Assembly (NCBI GenBank): GCA_963734525.1
Contig: CAVTHI010000008.1
Coordinates: 216,450-280,449, forward strand
From: an uncultured archaeon
GTDB lineage: Archaea; Micrarchaeota; Micrarchaeia; Anstonellales; Bilamarchaeaceae
Length of the DNA stretch: 64,000 bases
Direction of reading: 5' to 3'
Shown here: one piece after another, positions 27,701-35,528 of the stretch
How positions within the stretch are numbered: position 1 is the stretch's first letter
Layout: each line of letters starts with the position of its first letter
Position numbers and translations under genes: made by a program
The notes under the pieces: model-generated
Told to the model about the DNA's origin: nothing
The model's input: only the letters and a program-made list of their open reading frames with translations
Database searches by the model: none

Positions 27701-28182
27701 GGGGCTGGAAAACAGCGCGAACACGTTACTATCTGAGGCTGCGGGAAGAAGGACCGTTGCCAGGGCCGGGGAGCTCAGGACGAGGGCTGAGCGCCTCGAA
27801 TACCGCGCCCTGCTCGACCAAGGCCAGGCAGAGGCGCTCCGCGGAAGGGCCGCGGGATTGCGCGCGGAAGCCGAGAGGATGTCGCCGCAGCCCGCGAGGC
27901 GGGAAGGCAGGATGTCGGCGCGCGCTCCGGACGTTCCGGAGGTGCTTGCGAATGTCAGCCCCGAAAGGTATGCGGCATCGGCGCTCAGGAACAGGGCGCT
28001 TGACCTGGAGCAGGCGGCAGCGGCGAACGAGGCGCGCGCTTCGAGGATGGGCCCCGAGGACAGGCAGGCTACGGCAGGGATTGCCGCCGGTTTCCGCGAG
28101 GCCGCAAGGGCCATGCGCACGCAGGCGGAGCAGTTCGAATCCGGAAGCGTCACGGTCACACCCGAAGGAGTCCAGGCGCTGA
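23317..28182 (+). CDS. Giant-locus segment 4: LP-motif repeats, globular region, Gly-zipper hydrophobic core. Genuine coding in this frame probably ends ~27460
   Basis: TTG start only. Sensible sequence runs to …LGLESAGFLPEIAPG, followed by ~240 codons of Arg/Ser/Gly junk. Hydrophobic GVGEFAVATAGVVFAPVTGGASLALTVGVGAMGV / TTVMGGIGMVLPVAGELAGGG at 25806-26070. Confidence 0.7.
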   Translation: MHPQGHLLRDNNITQATALINRMIDLLPEGRKAEFRSRIAAANQRNEGESESAFRLRQNGILQSTYAELGNLTGTRTTNEQGNLIYDTVGNYADYRVVSGMFWSERFDAAGSAMNGAAATIGIQSNRAGMWVTNRVFAIQREAAAERTGFPPGMNAIASALLSPEGLGLAGGRTVTPPTDATLNEIISHLPADKRADYQARLARIREAEGRAGAARPGTPDAITRDIFMEGGGRQGLLESLASERIRTPAGRDVNLLTTIASRSPLYFDAEGYDRRFVSAQAAVDRGNVAEGNRILLGLTGGRQRDGTEVVGDIEIGQGMESSDIRRFTLRASAWTQERARSGVRGEFMEGAPPGTEETRARQMREDRNLAIVPVLEALEGSMGRSVSELNAAATANERARDEIGTTRTVLRVNDSLVANLWAMLPRDAASRYDARIDEMNAGGTSPTRRNEIARELYAEMRTHPEEFRQAREDLLTHSGTYFTPYRAQLEADGETTYAEGRHQQRSVGWTYARLQLTSMQDDLRMGDQAQTYREGRSAQTQHARDALDRAKGRPGRMYLISDAHREHAARRAEAALAMLHEDNDYRAQDILRSNETLTAPVYEFHGPSRDWNYARVGTDVNIYSDRSGSGRRIGGRQINPIDEMDTLNRAENMELTSYTDSDLFYDSRARVRPQFETIGRNQTDLQLGLLGFRRVPLLNDPDGYTHRIVSWTPASEAEYARVNDAYTQFMRLRGQMQSSVFQHDSPWGDDPQLRFLERTAERTSNAALSVYELQPYRMDERPTGTNAERLAASQSRLRDSGLFVQEGNQYVDRDFATRDALSSMTNYRSGYNVVCGVGEFAVATAGVVFAPVTGGASLALTVGVGAMGVHRGLVMREQAGEWTGMATFTTVMGGIGMVLPVAGELAGGGRLLAGGAELASELSAGSRIGTAATETAVALTRSQRALQWAVGVGNEANWAQRYVGRTVLGAYELNLAQRGVHVMGTGMMAGGFAQFGYQLPQMIEGVRRGDMAWFEAAFGGFQAIVQPMAQAGFVQFRVGQAARGGGIPAYRPAWQQGVEAVFLGHPLTLGQEHAQSLAYHNARIEFNALPQTVRESYVSFRDSTGIRLPPDVEVRVLREYRAANEQGTARNFQEFASGSRDVQVARLEAVRDAIVEGRVRLSELPRDQQEYIRTRQAGGSEAAALTARDLAIAESRAPAPRTPETVAEQSRATLERLDRAAEMRDRRDAAAAAVQLRQERTDLSGSFDAAFTGRSSDGTTTTYTLGRGESAITFGEQHVSLATDLAFNAQRIVRRPEGQTMERAAAEARTRIRAQLEPEVRANRMSVADAERITGERMSRVEQMARDPEFVRATPRDGAANRGEQLRLGLESAGFLPEIAPGRMSSGRGTRSKSSGFLTAGSSRRTTLRFSLSGGSSSPRKRRRARWAWRLAPQGCARATPNRARLQRSTRARRGSARKRRGWKTARTRYYLRLREEGPLPGPGSSGRGLSASNTAPCSTKARQRRSAEGPRDCARKPRGCRRSPRGGKAGCRRALRTFRRCLRMSAPKGMRHRRSGTGRLTWSRRQRRTRRALRGWAPRTGRLRQGLPPVSARPQGPCARRRSSSNPEASRSHPKESRR

Positions 28183-31100
28183 GAAGCAGGGCCGGCGAAT
28201 TGCGCGCCGAGGCGCAGCAGCTGCGCACGCGGAGGGATGCGGACATCCAGCGCGCCGCCGCCCTTGAGCGCAGCGGAAGGGGCGAGGAGGCCCAGGCAAT
28301 CAGGAGGGGCGCGGCGAGAACCGGGGCTGAAATCTCATCCCGCGAAAACGAAGCCGTGTTCCTCACGCGCGAAGCGTCGAACCTGGAAACGATACTCAGG
28401 GCGAGAAGCGGCGAGGCCACAAGGCCCGCCGCGGCGCCATCGCGCAGGACGCGCGCGGCCGAGGGCGTGGACGAATCTTCGCCGGCGAGATTCATCTCCG
28501 ACGATGCGATAGGGACGAGGATAATAGAGCGCGCCCTCGCCCCGAGGGACAACCCGTCCCAGCAGCAGGAGTGGTTCGTAGGCGGCGAGCGCATGACGGT
28601 AGGAAACAACACCGAGGTCGTGACTACCCGCAGGGTGCTTCAGACCGTCGACACGTGGGTGCGCGGCATGGCGCGCGCTGGACAGGAAAGCGACATCATC
28701 GTGCTGAGCGGCGACAAGCGCCTGCTGAACAACATCAACAACGCGCTCGGGCGCCCAATCGGGGACCGGGCCCTATCCGCCTACCGCGAGGTCCTGCGCC
28801 GCGCGGTGAACGGGGCCGCGGGCGAAGGAACGCCGTTCCTGCTCCGCCCGTCGCAGAGCGGGGATGAAGTGCTTGCGGTCATAGTGGTTCCGAGAGGCCG
28901 CGGACAGGCGGTGCGCGAGGCGCTCGCCGCGGGAGTCAGGAGGGCCGAGGCGGACGTGCTCCAGGAAAGGCTGAATCCGGAGCATCCTGAAAGCCTCGCC
29001 GCCGCATCGAGGATGGTTAGGGACCCGAGAGGCCTCGTTTCCGCCGCTGTTGAGATTGGCGATGTCGTCCAGGTGCGGAGGGGCCAAGGCGGGGAGGTCA
29101 CTGCCACCGGCGTGCGCCAGGATGGAAGCACTTACAACGCGGAGGTCGCGAGGACCGACGCGCAGGGAAGGGAGACGCGCGAAATCGCCGGCCCGGCGCT
29201 CAGCCGCGCCGACGACCCGAGATGGGGGCCGGACCTCAGAAGGAGGCTCGGCGTTCGGGAGCAGATGGACATCACGCTCGGCCTCGAGCCGCTGGAAACC
29301 GCGCGCGTAAGGGACGCGCTGTCAAGGCAGCGGAGCGGCCAGGTGCTAAGGCCCGAGGAGCAACGCGTCGTCGCGGAAGTCCAAAGGCGCGTCGGGGAGG
29401 GCGCATCCGAGGATGCCGCCGTGTTCGCTACGGCCCAGGCGCGGGCGACCGTGTCCCCGACGGAAAGGGTGAGCGGACTCACATTCGAAGTAAGGCTCGA
29501 GGTCACGGACCCGGCCACGCTCGCGCGGATGCGTGCGCTCCTGCCCGAAAGCAACAAGGGGCTGGCCGAACTCGCATCGAACAGGTTCGGCATCAGGGGC
29601 CTCAACACATTCCTCGGCCACCAGGGCTCGAACGGGATAGTGACGTCAGTCGAGCACGCCGTCGGCGATTTCGCATCGTCGCCCTATGCGAGGCAGCGGG
29701 GAATCCGCGTGCGGCGCCTGGGCACCATGAAGTATATAATAGAAGGGGGCAACGCGGCCGACATGCGCATGATGCGCAGGATGATAGACCGCCAGCTCAG
29801 CTCGGACCACGCGCAGATGCGCATGAGCAGGACGACGCACCACGCCCAGCTTACGGACGTGACCGGCGAAACTGCCCTCGCCCACGCGCAGAACGGGCAT
29901 CTTTCGGTAGACCGGAGGCAGGACCCGTCGCGCAGGACGGACTGGGACGGGGAAACCAGGCTCTATGAGATGGCCAACTCGATTCTCTCGAACATATCAG
30001 TCCGCGACGAGGCGTCGCTTGCGAGGATGCTCGGGCCCGAGGGCTACAGGCTTCTCCGCGACAGCGGAGTCCTCGACATGGTACGGGGCAATGCGGAGGC
30101 GGGATTCGGAAGATACGCGAACGGCCCGATAAGGAATTTCGAGGATTTCGTCCGCGCCCTGCGCCAGGAAGTCGGCGGGGAGCGCGGAAGGACTATGGAG
30201 AGCGCGTTCAGGAGGTTCATCATCGAGAACGAGCCGGTGCTGAGCCGTAGGTTCGCGACCGAGAGGACGGAATTGTCCGCACCCGAAGTCTCTGGCCGCA
30301 TTGCGACCAGGAGGCAGGAAATCGGCCGGGTTTATGAAAGGCGCACGGGAACGCTCACCCCGTCCGAACAGCAGACCGTGACGAGGGTCGACGAGCTCGT
30401 CCGCACGCGCGGGATGACCGCCGAGCGGGCGATGGATTATGTCGCAGACGAGCAGGTGAGGCCGCACGCAGTCAACGCCGATGCGACGCATATCGAAGGG
30501 GAGCAGCGCACCTTCACCGCGATGGCGCCCGAATTCCAGGACACGCGCGTCGTGCAGGGGGACGGGAGCACGGTCAGGCTCGGGGACGCGCCGAGGGGAA
30601 GGCTGATAGGCCGCCTCGACGACACGTTCGAGACGTCAGGCTCTTCCGCAGGCGTTTTCCGCGGCGAGGTGCTGGTGAACGGACAGCCGGCCGAAGTGGC
30701 GATTAAATTATACAGGGATCCGCCCGGTGCGACGCACGACCAGCCGGCCACGCCCGCGAGATGGAGGCGGATGATAAGGTATGCGCAGGAAGAGGTGAAT
30801 TCCCTGCGCACGCTTTCTGAAATCAGGGTGAACCTGCCCGACGAGCACGGCGTCATGCGCGAGGTCCCGCTCGGACCGGCGGTGATAGGGTTCGTGCAGG
30901 TCGACGGCAACCCCGCGATAGCGATGGAGCGCGTGCAAGGCCGCGCGATCGACGAATTGACGCCGAGCGAGATAAGGAGGTTCGTCACGCCGAGGACCTA
31001 CGAGCAGCTGCGCACCATGTGGGATGCATTGCACCGCGCGGGATACGACATCGGCGATTTCCAGTTCGCGGTCCTCACGTCCGACCAGCGCGTCAACGGC

Positions 31101-34100
31101 GTGCAGAGAAGGGCCGGCGAGATAGTGTTCTGGGATGCCGGCGGCCTGGCGCCGCTCGCGAGGAACATGAGTCCGAAATCCGCGGATTACCAGGTGAACT
31201 TCCATGAGAGGGTCGCCGAGGCAATCCTGATATCCGATTATATGTGGCGCGAGGGACCTGACGGCGAGCAAATTCCGCGGAGGCCGCAGGCGGAGTTCAC
31301 TGCGCTTGACACGGCGCTCCGCGGCGCTCTTGGCGTGCCGGCAGACCGCCAGGTGACGACTGCCGACCTCCTCACCCAGTTCCGCGATATGGGCCAGAGC
31401 GGACCGCAGGGAACGGATGTGGGATTCTCGGCCGCGCAGCGCAGGCAGGCGGTGGCGGATTATCTTTCGCGCATGCCGGACCGCGCAGAAGCGGCGAGGC
31501 TCGAAACTACGCTCAGGGATATCGAGGCGGGTTCGGGAATGGCATTCCTTCCGCCGAGGGCGGAAGCCGCGGCCGCGCAGAGGCGCGCCGCGACAGCGGG
31601 AGCGCCGGCGGAGAGGGGGGATACGACCACGCCGATGCCGCCCCGCGAGCCGACGCAGCCCCCGCGCGAGCCATCACAAAGGCCGCGCGAACCGTCGCAG
31701 AGGCCGCGCGAGCCTTCGCAACAGCAGCGCGAGCCCACTCCGGAAGAAAGGGCCGACACCGAGCCGTCGCCGCCGCAGGCGAGGCCGCCTTCGAGGCCCA
31801 ATGAGTCCGCCCAGCTGCGCCCTGTTGAAGATGTGACGGGAGTGCCGAGGCAGGCGTTCGACGACATCCGCGCAGGCATGGCCATTCCGGACATCATCGA
31901 CAGGCTTTCGCAGGGCAACGCTACCGCGGCGAGAAGGCTTGAGAATGCCGTCGGGCCAATGCTTAGGGACCCGGTATTCAGCGAAAGATTCAGGCTCGCC
32001 TCGGATACTGAGAAAGCGATGATTGTCGAATCGCTGGCAAGGGGAAGGGCGCCAGCGGATGCATTCATGGATTTGGGCGCACTGACCGCACCCAGGACCG
32101 CGCAGGAATTCGAATCGCTCACGGCGAGGCTCGCGGCGCTTCCGGCCCAGGAGAGAAACCTGCGGCTCACCGAAATCAGGGCGGCGAACTCCCTGCTTGC
32201 GGACGCGGTCGGAATCGCCGCCGCAGAACCGTCGCCGCAAAGGAGGGCCCGCCTCGCGACCGAGTTCGAGACAGCGATGGGAGAGCGCGGGCGCATCGCC
32301 GAAGTCGAACGGGCAAGGGGCGCGCGCACGCCCGCCGAGCTCCGGGACCAGGAGGAAGCGCTGATACGCCGCACGGCAACGGACAGGGGATTGGATGCCG
32401 AGGCGGCCGTCAGGAATTACGGGGCCGGAGGGACGGAAGGCAGGCTCAATGCCATAGCGGGCCTGGGCGCCGATGTGACGCGCGTCCGCGCGCAGTTCCA
32501 GCGCGAGCAGGACAGGATAGGGCGCATGGCCGACGGACCTGCGAAGGACCATGCCCAGCAGCGCCTGGACCGGGCCGGGGAGGATTTGTTCGCGCTTTAC
32601 ACGAGAGGGAACCTCCAGGGCAGCATAAGCGGCCTTCCGGGTTTCGAGGGGGCGACGGTCGCCAGCATATCATTCCTTCCGGGGATGAGGGGCGTCTATG
32701 AGGTCCGCATGTCGAACAACCGGCGCGTCTTCATAAAGATGGAGGACGTTTCGGCCGCGGGCTTGGGCCGCGATTTGGCGGCTACGCGCGGATTGTACAC
32801 TTCCGAAATCCATGGCGGGTTCTCTTACGAGACAGGGCTCAGTTACCGCAACGGGACGCCGGTCCGGCAGGAGTACGGAATCATCGAGGACATCCATGAT
32901 GCGGCCGGCCGCAACATCCGCATCCGGCTCCCGTCAGGGCCTGCCGAGGATGTCCGCGTGGTGGGCGTCTCGATGCTGAGGCACGAGGTGCTCGAGGTCC
33001 CGCGGCCGCCGGCCGCAGGTGCATCGCCTGCGGAAGTGCAGGCGTACCAGCAGCGCCTCGCGAGGTTCACGTCCGACCCGGTCATCCGGGAATTCTACAG
33101 GCTTTCCGGGACGCCGCAGGGGCGCGAGACGCTCATGCAGGCGTGGAACGCATACCATGAATTGTCGAGGCGCTCGCTTCTCGGGGACAGGTACGCGCGC
33201 AACACCGCGGCAGTCCTCGTCGAGAGGGCGAACGGCGAGCGCGTCCTCACGTTCCAGCCGATAGACATGGATGCCGTGGGGTGGAGGGTATTGTCCAATC
33301 CGGATGGCACGCCCAATTTCATGTTCTTCAACAGGGACTTCGCGGACGCCAGCACGGATTTCGTCCAGAGGGCGTCGAGCGCGAGCCTGGCCGCTGAAAG
33401 CATCGGCCTCCTTCCCGCAGGGGTTCCGGCATATGCATTTGGCGACGCGATGTTCAGCCAGCGCGCGCAGAGGCCGCTTCCCCCGGAGATACCTCCGCAA
33501 AGGCAGGCAGGGCGCGACATCATCGCCCGCCATGACGGCCAGCCTTTCGGCGCAGGCTATGACACGACAAGCGGCGAGTACAGCCCGGTCGGAGGCACTG
33601 CCGTCCACGGTGGAAGGACGAGGTTCATCGAGCGGGCCGACGGGCGCATGAGGATGTACGCGGACGAGATGAACCCGCTGATGGAAGCCAACCTTTCGCC
33701 GCAGGCGAGGGCGGACTACGCGCGCGAGCAGCAGGAACGCATGCGCAGCGTGCGGAGAAGGCCTGGCGGAGGAGGTGGAGGCCCGCCGCCGCTTCCGGCG
33801 GCAAGACAGTCGTCAGGCCCGGTCGTCGAGATTACGGACGGGCAGATAATACGCGAGCCTTCGGCCCCGGCACCGAGGCCGAGCGGAAGAGCGCCGTCGC
33901 AGCGTCCTGAGCGGACGATGGAGGTTTCCGATTCCGATATAGTCCATGACGCTCCGGCGGTTCCGCCGGAGCAGCCCCCAGCTCCTTCGCAAAGGCGCGG
34001 CCCGCCTCCGCTTCCGACGCAGCGCGATGCGACGATGAATGTTTCCGATTCAGAATTGATTATCGAACCGCCGGCGGCACCGGCAAGGCGCGGGCCGCCT

Positions 34101-35528
34101 CCGCTCCCTCCCGCCGAGCCGGCCCAGGCGCCGTCGCGCAGGGGACCCCCGCCTCTCCCGCCAGAGCAGGCGCAGCAGCCGCGGCGCGGGCCGCCGCCGC
34201 TTCCAGCCAGAGGGGAGCGCACACAGCCGCTTACAGAGGCGGACATGATTCCGGTCCAGCCCCCAGGGCGCACGCCTCCGCCCCCGCCACCATCGGCGCA
34301 GGCAAGGAGGGCGCCCGCAGGGCCGCAGCCCCAGGTGAATCCCGTCGACCTCGTCCAGCCGGCTAACCTTGCAACGTTCGCCAACAGGCTCGCGGCCAAC
34401 GATGCCGCGGCGGTGCGCGACCTGGCAGCCATGCCGCCGCAGGTGCGCGACACGGTAAACGCCCTCATGCTGAGGATGGGCGGAGCGCCGAGAAGCCCCC
34501 AGGAGCAGGCGACGCTCGCCCGCGAATTCTCCGGAAGGGTGCTTGCGACGCGGCTGATTGCGGACCCGGAAACGCTGTGGAGGTTCGCCTCCACCTTCAG
34601 GTTCGGCGAGACCGCATCGGGCGTCACGCCCGAACAGACCGCCATGCTCAATTCGCTCCCCCCCTCCGTCCGCGGGACCGTGCTTGAATTCGCCGGGAGG
34701 CTGAGGAACGAATGGAGCGCGAGGGATGCGCTCGAACCCGGATACACCGAAAGGATAACCAGGCAGATAGATGTCGAAACCGTGCGGGACTTGTACGTCT
34801 CGCACAGGGCAGGAACCAGAATCACCGACCCGGCCGACCGCATGGCTGTCGAGTATGTCACCGCAGGCGGGAGGACTCCCGACCCCGCGACGCGCGAAGG
34901 CGCAAGGCTGATTGAGGCCGCCGCGGTCATGCGCAACGCCGCGAGGAGGCTTGTGGAAGCATCGGGCGGGTCTGCGGACGCGCTCGCAGCGGCGCGGGTA
35001 AATGCCGAAACCGTCAGGACAGGCCAGAGGCCGAATGATTTCAACAGGGCTTTGGCATACGACTTCATCAATGATTTGGCGCAGGCCAGCGCGGCTGCCG
35101 CCGGACGCGGAGTGCCCACAGCAGAGGATTACCTGTATGCAACAGTGACGCATGCATATTTCACGAGGGCCGGGAGCGCCGACACGGCGAGAATCTCCGG
35201 CACCCATTATTTCCCCGGAAGCGACGCAATCGAACAGCATGTCACCGCGACGCTGGAATGGGGCGGGCAGAGTTTCAATATCCGGATTTTCCGGGACAGG
35301 GTGAATTTCGGGGATGTGGAACCGGCGAGGGCAGTCGGCGAGCCGAGCTGGCCGTCATGGCAGATGAGGGACGCGTTCCTGAGATACGCACAGCGCACGC
35401 TGCGCGGGCCCGCTCGAAGAGGCGGTGCGCCCGGTCATGCGCGCGATACCGAGGGAAGCGGGGCAGGATGCCAGGGCGTGGGCCGCCGCGACGCGCGCGA
35501 ATCCGACCGGCGACATCCAGATACCTAG
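27603..35528 (+). CDS. Giant-locus segment 5 (2641 codons): coiled coil, two GGDEF-like modules, ePK-like fold, PI3K/PI4K-like module, Pro-rich arrays
   Basis: The frame is open and sensible upstream of ATG 27603 from ~27460 (RPDVIRARNSVEVLRILNSRELTPNDLEVFAFRRQQQ…). The tail after …AFLRYAQRTLRG looks out of frame. Motifs are listed under findings. Confidence 0.75.
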   Translation: METRAARLRESNPQSREATALDASAQRLRAEAAGLENSANTLLSEAAGRRTVARAGELRTRAERLEYRALLDQGQAEALRGRAAGLRAEAERMSPQPARREGRMSARAPDVPEVLANVSPERYAASALRNRALDLEQAAAANEARASRMGPEDRQATAGIAAGFREAARAMRTQAEQFESGSVTVTPEGVQALRSRAGELRAEAQQLRTRRDADIQRAAALERSGRGEEAQAIRRGAARTGAEISSRENEAVFLTREASNLETILRARSGEATRPAAAPSRRTRAAEGVDESSPARFISDDAIGTRIIERALAPRDNPSQQQEWFVGGERMTVGNNTEVVTTRRVLQTVDTWVRGMARAGQESDIIVLSGDKRLLNNINNALGRPIGDRALSAYREVLRRAVNGAAGEGTPFLLRPSQSGDEVLAVIVVPRGRGQAVREALAAGVRRAEADVLQERLNPEHPESLAAASRMVRDPRGLVSAAVEIGDVVQVRRGQGGEVTATGVRQDGSTYNAEVARTDAQGRETREIAGPALSRADDPRWGPDLRRRLGVREQMDITLGLEPLETARVRDALSRQRSGQVLRPEEQRVVAEVQRRVGEGASEDAAVFATAQARATVSPTERVSGLTFEVRLEVTDPATLARMRALLPESNKGLAELASNRFGIRGLNTFLGHQGSNGIVTSVEHAVGDFASSPYARQRGIRVRRLGTMKYIIEGGNAADMRMMRRMIDRQLSSDHAQMRMSRTTHHAQLTDVTGETALAHAQNGHLSVDRRQDPSRRTDWDGETRLYEMANSILSNISVRDEASLARMLGPEGYRLLRDSGVLDMVRGNAEAGFGRYANGPIRNFEDFVRALRQEVGGERGRTMESAFRRFIIENEPVLSRRFATERTELSAPEVSGRIATRRQEIGRVYERRTGTLTPSEQQTVTRVDELVRTRGMTAERAMDYVADEQVRPHAVNADATHIEGEQRTFTAMAPEFQDTRVVQGDGSTVRLGDAPRGRLIGRLDDTFETSGSSAGVFRGEVLVNGQPAEVAIKLYRDPPGATHDQPATPARWRRMIRYAQEEVNSLRTLSEIRVNLPDEHGVMREVPLGPAVIGFVQVDGNPAIAMERVQGRAIDELTPSEIRRFVTPRTYEQLRTMWDALHRAGYDIGDFQFAVLTSDQRVNGVQRRAGEIVFWDAGGLAPLARNMSPKSADYQVNFHERVAEAILISDYMWREGPDGEQIPRRPQAEFTALDTALRGALGVPADRQVTTADLLTQFRDMGQSGPQGTDVGFSAAQRRQAVADYLSRMPDRAEAARLETTLRDIEAGSGMAFLPPRAEAAAAQRRAATAGAPAERGDTTTPMPPREPTQPPREPSQRPREPSQRPREPSQQQREPTPEERADTEPSPPQARPPSRPNESAQLRPVEDVTGVPRQAFDDIRAGMAIPDIIDRLSQGNATAARRLENAVGPMLRDPVFSERFRLASDTEKAMIVESLARGRAPADAFMDLGALTAPRTAQEFESLTARLAALPAQERNLRLTEIRAANSLLADAVGIAAAEPSPQRRARLATEFETAMGERGRIAEVERARGARTPAELRDQEEALIRRTATDRGLDAEAAVRNYGAGGTEGRLNAIAGLGADVTRVRAQFQREQDRIGRMADGPAKDHAQQRLDRAGEDLFALYTRGNLQGSISGLPGFEGATVASISFLPGMRGVYEVRMSNNRRVFIKMEDVSAAGLGRDLAATRGLYTSEIHGGFSYETGLSYRNGTPVRQEYGIIEDIHDAAGRNIRIRLPSGPAEDVRVVGVSMLRHEVLEVPRPPAAGASPAEVQAYQQRLARFTSDPVIREFYRLSGTPQGRETLMQAWNAYHELSRRSLLGDRYARNTAAVLVERANGERVLTFQPIDMDAVGWRVLSNPDGTPNFMFFNRDFADASTDFVQRASSASLAAESIGLLPAGVPAYAFGDAMFSQRAQRPLPPEIPPQRQAGRDIIARHDGQPFGAGYDTTSGEYSPVGGTAVHGGRTRFIERADGRMRMYADEMNPLMEANLSPQARADYAREQQERMRSVRRRPGGGGGGPPPLPAARQSSGPVVEITDGQIIREPSAPAPRPSGRAPSQRPERTMEVSDSDIVHDAPAVPPEQPPAPSQRRGPPPLPTQRDATMNVSDSELIIEPPAAPARRGPPPLPPAEPAQAPSRRGPPPLPPEQAQQPRRGPPPLPARGERTQPLTEADMIPVQPPGRTPPPPPPSAQARRAPAGPQPQVNPVDLVQPANLATFANRLAANDAAAVRDLAAMPPQVRDTVNALMLRMGGAPRSPQEQATLAREFSGRVLATRLIADPETLWRFASTFRFGETASGVTPEQTAMLNSLPPSVRGTVLEFAGRLRNEWSARDALEPGYTERITRQIDVETVRDLYVSHRAGTRITDPADRMAVEYVTAGGRTPDPATREGARLIEAAAVMRNAARRLVEASGGSADALAAARVNAETVRTGQRPNDFNRALAYDFINDLAQASAAAAGRGVPTAEDYLYATVTHAYFTRAGSADTARISGTHYFPGSDAIEQHVTATLEWGGQSFNIRIFRDRVNFGDVEPARAVGEPSWPSWQMRDAFLRYAQRTLRGPARRGGAPGHARDTEGSGAGCQGVGRRDARESDRRHPDT
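31641..31742 (+). repeat. Tandem 7-aa/21-nt repeat PREPSQR (about 4.5 copies)
   Basis: PREPTQP PREPSQR PREPSQR PREPSQQQ REPTP, read directly from the sequence. Confidence 0.85.
33766..34335 (+). repeat. Proline-rich array: 5x GPPPLP cores (4 as RRGPPPLP) interleaved with acidic [VI](S/T)D(S/G)[DE/Q][IL][IV] motifs, ending in PPPPPP
   Basis: GGGGGPPPLP…VVEITDGQIIREP…MEVSDSDIVHDAP…QRRGPPPLP…MNVSDSELIIEPP…ARRGPPPLP…SRRGPPPLP…PRRGPPPLP…LTEADMIPVQPPGRTPPPPPPS. Confidence 0.85.

Noticed and set aside
31641-34335. Short tandem DNA repeats considered as a possible CRISPR array or minisatellite
   Set aside because: The units are 21 nt or irregular, in frame, and encode Pro-rich peptide repeats. There is no repeat-spacer architecture and there are no cas genes.
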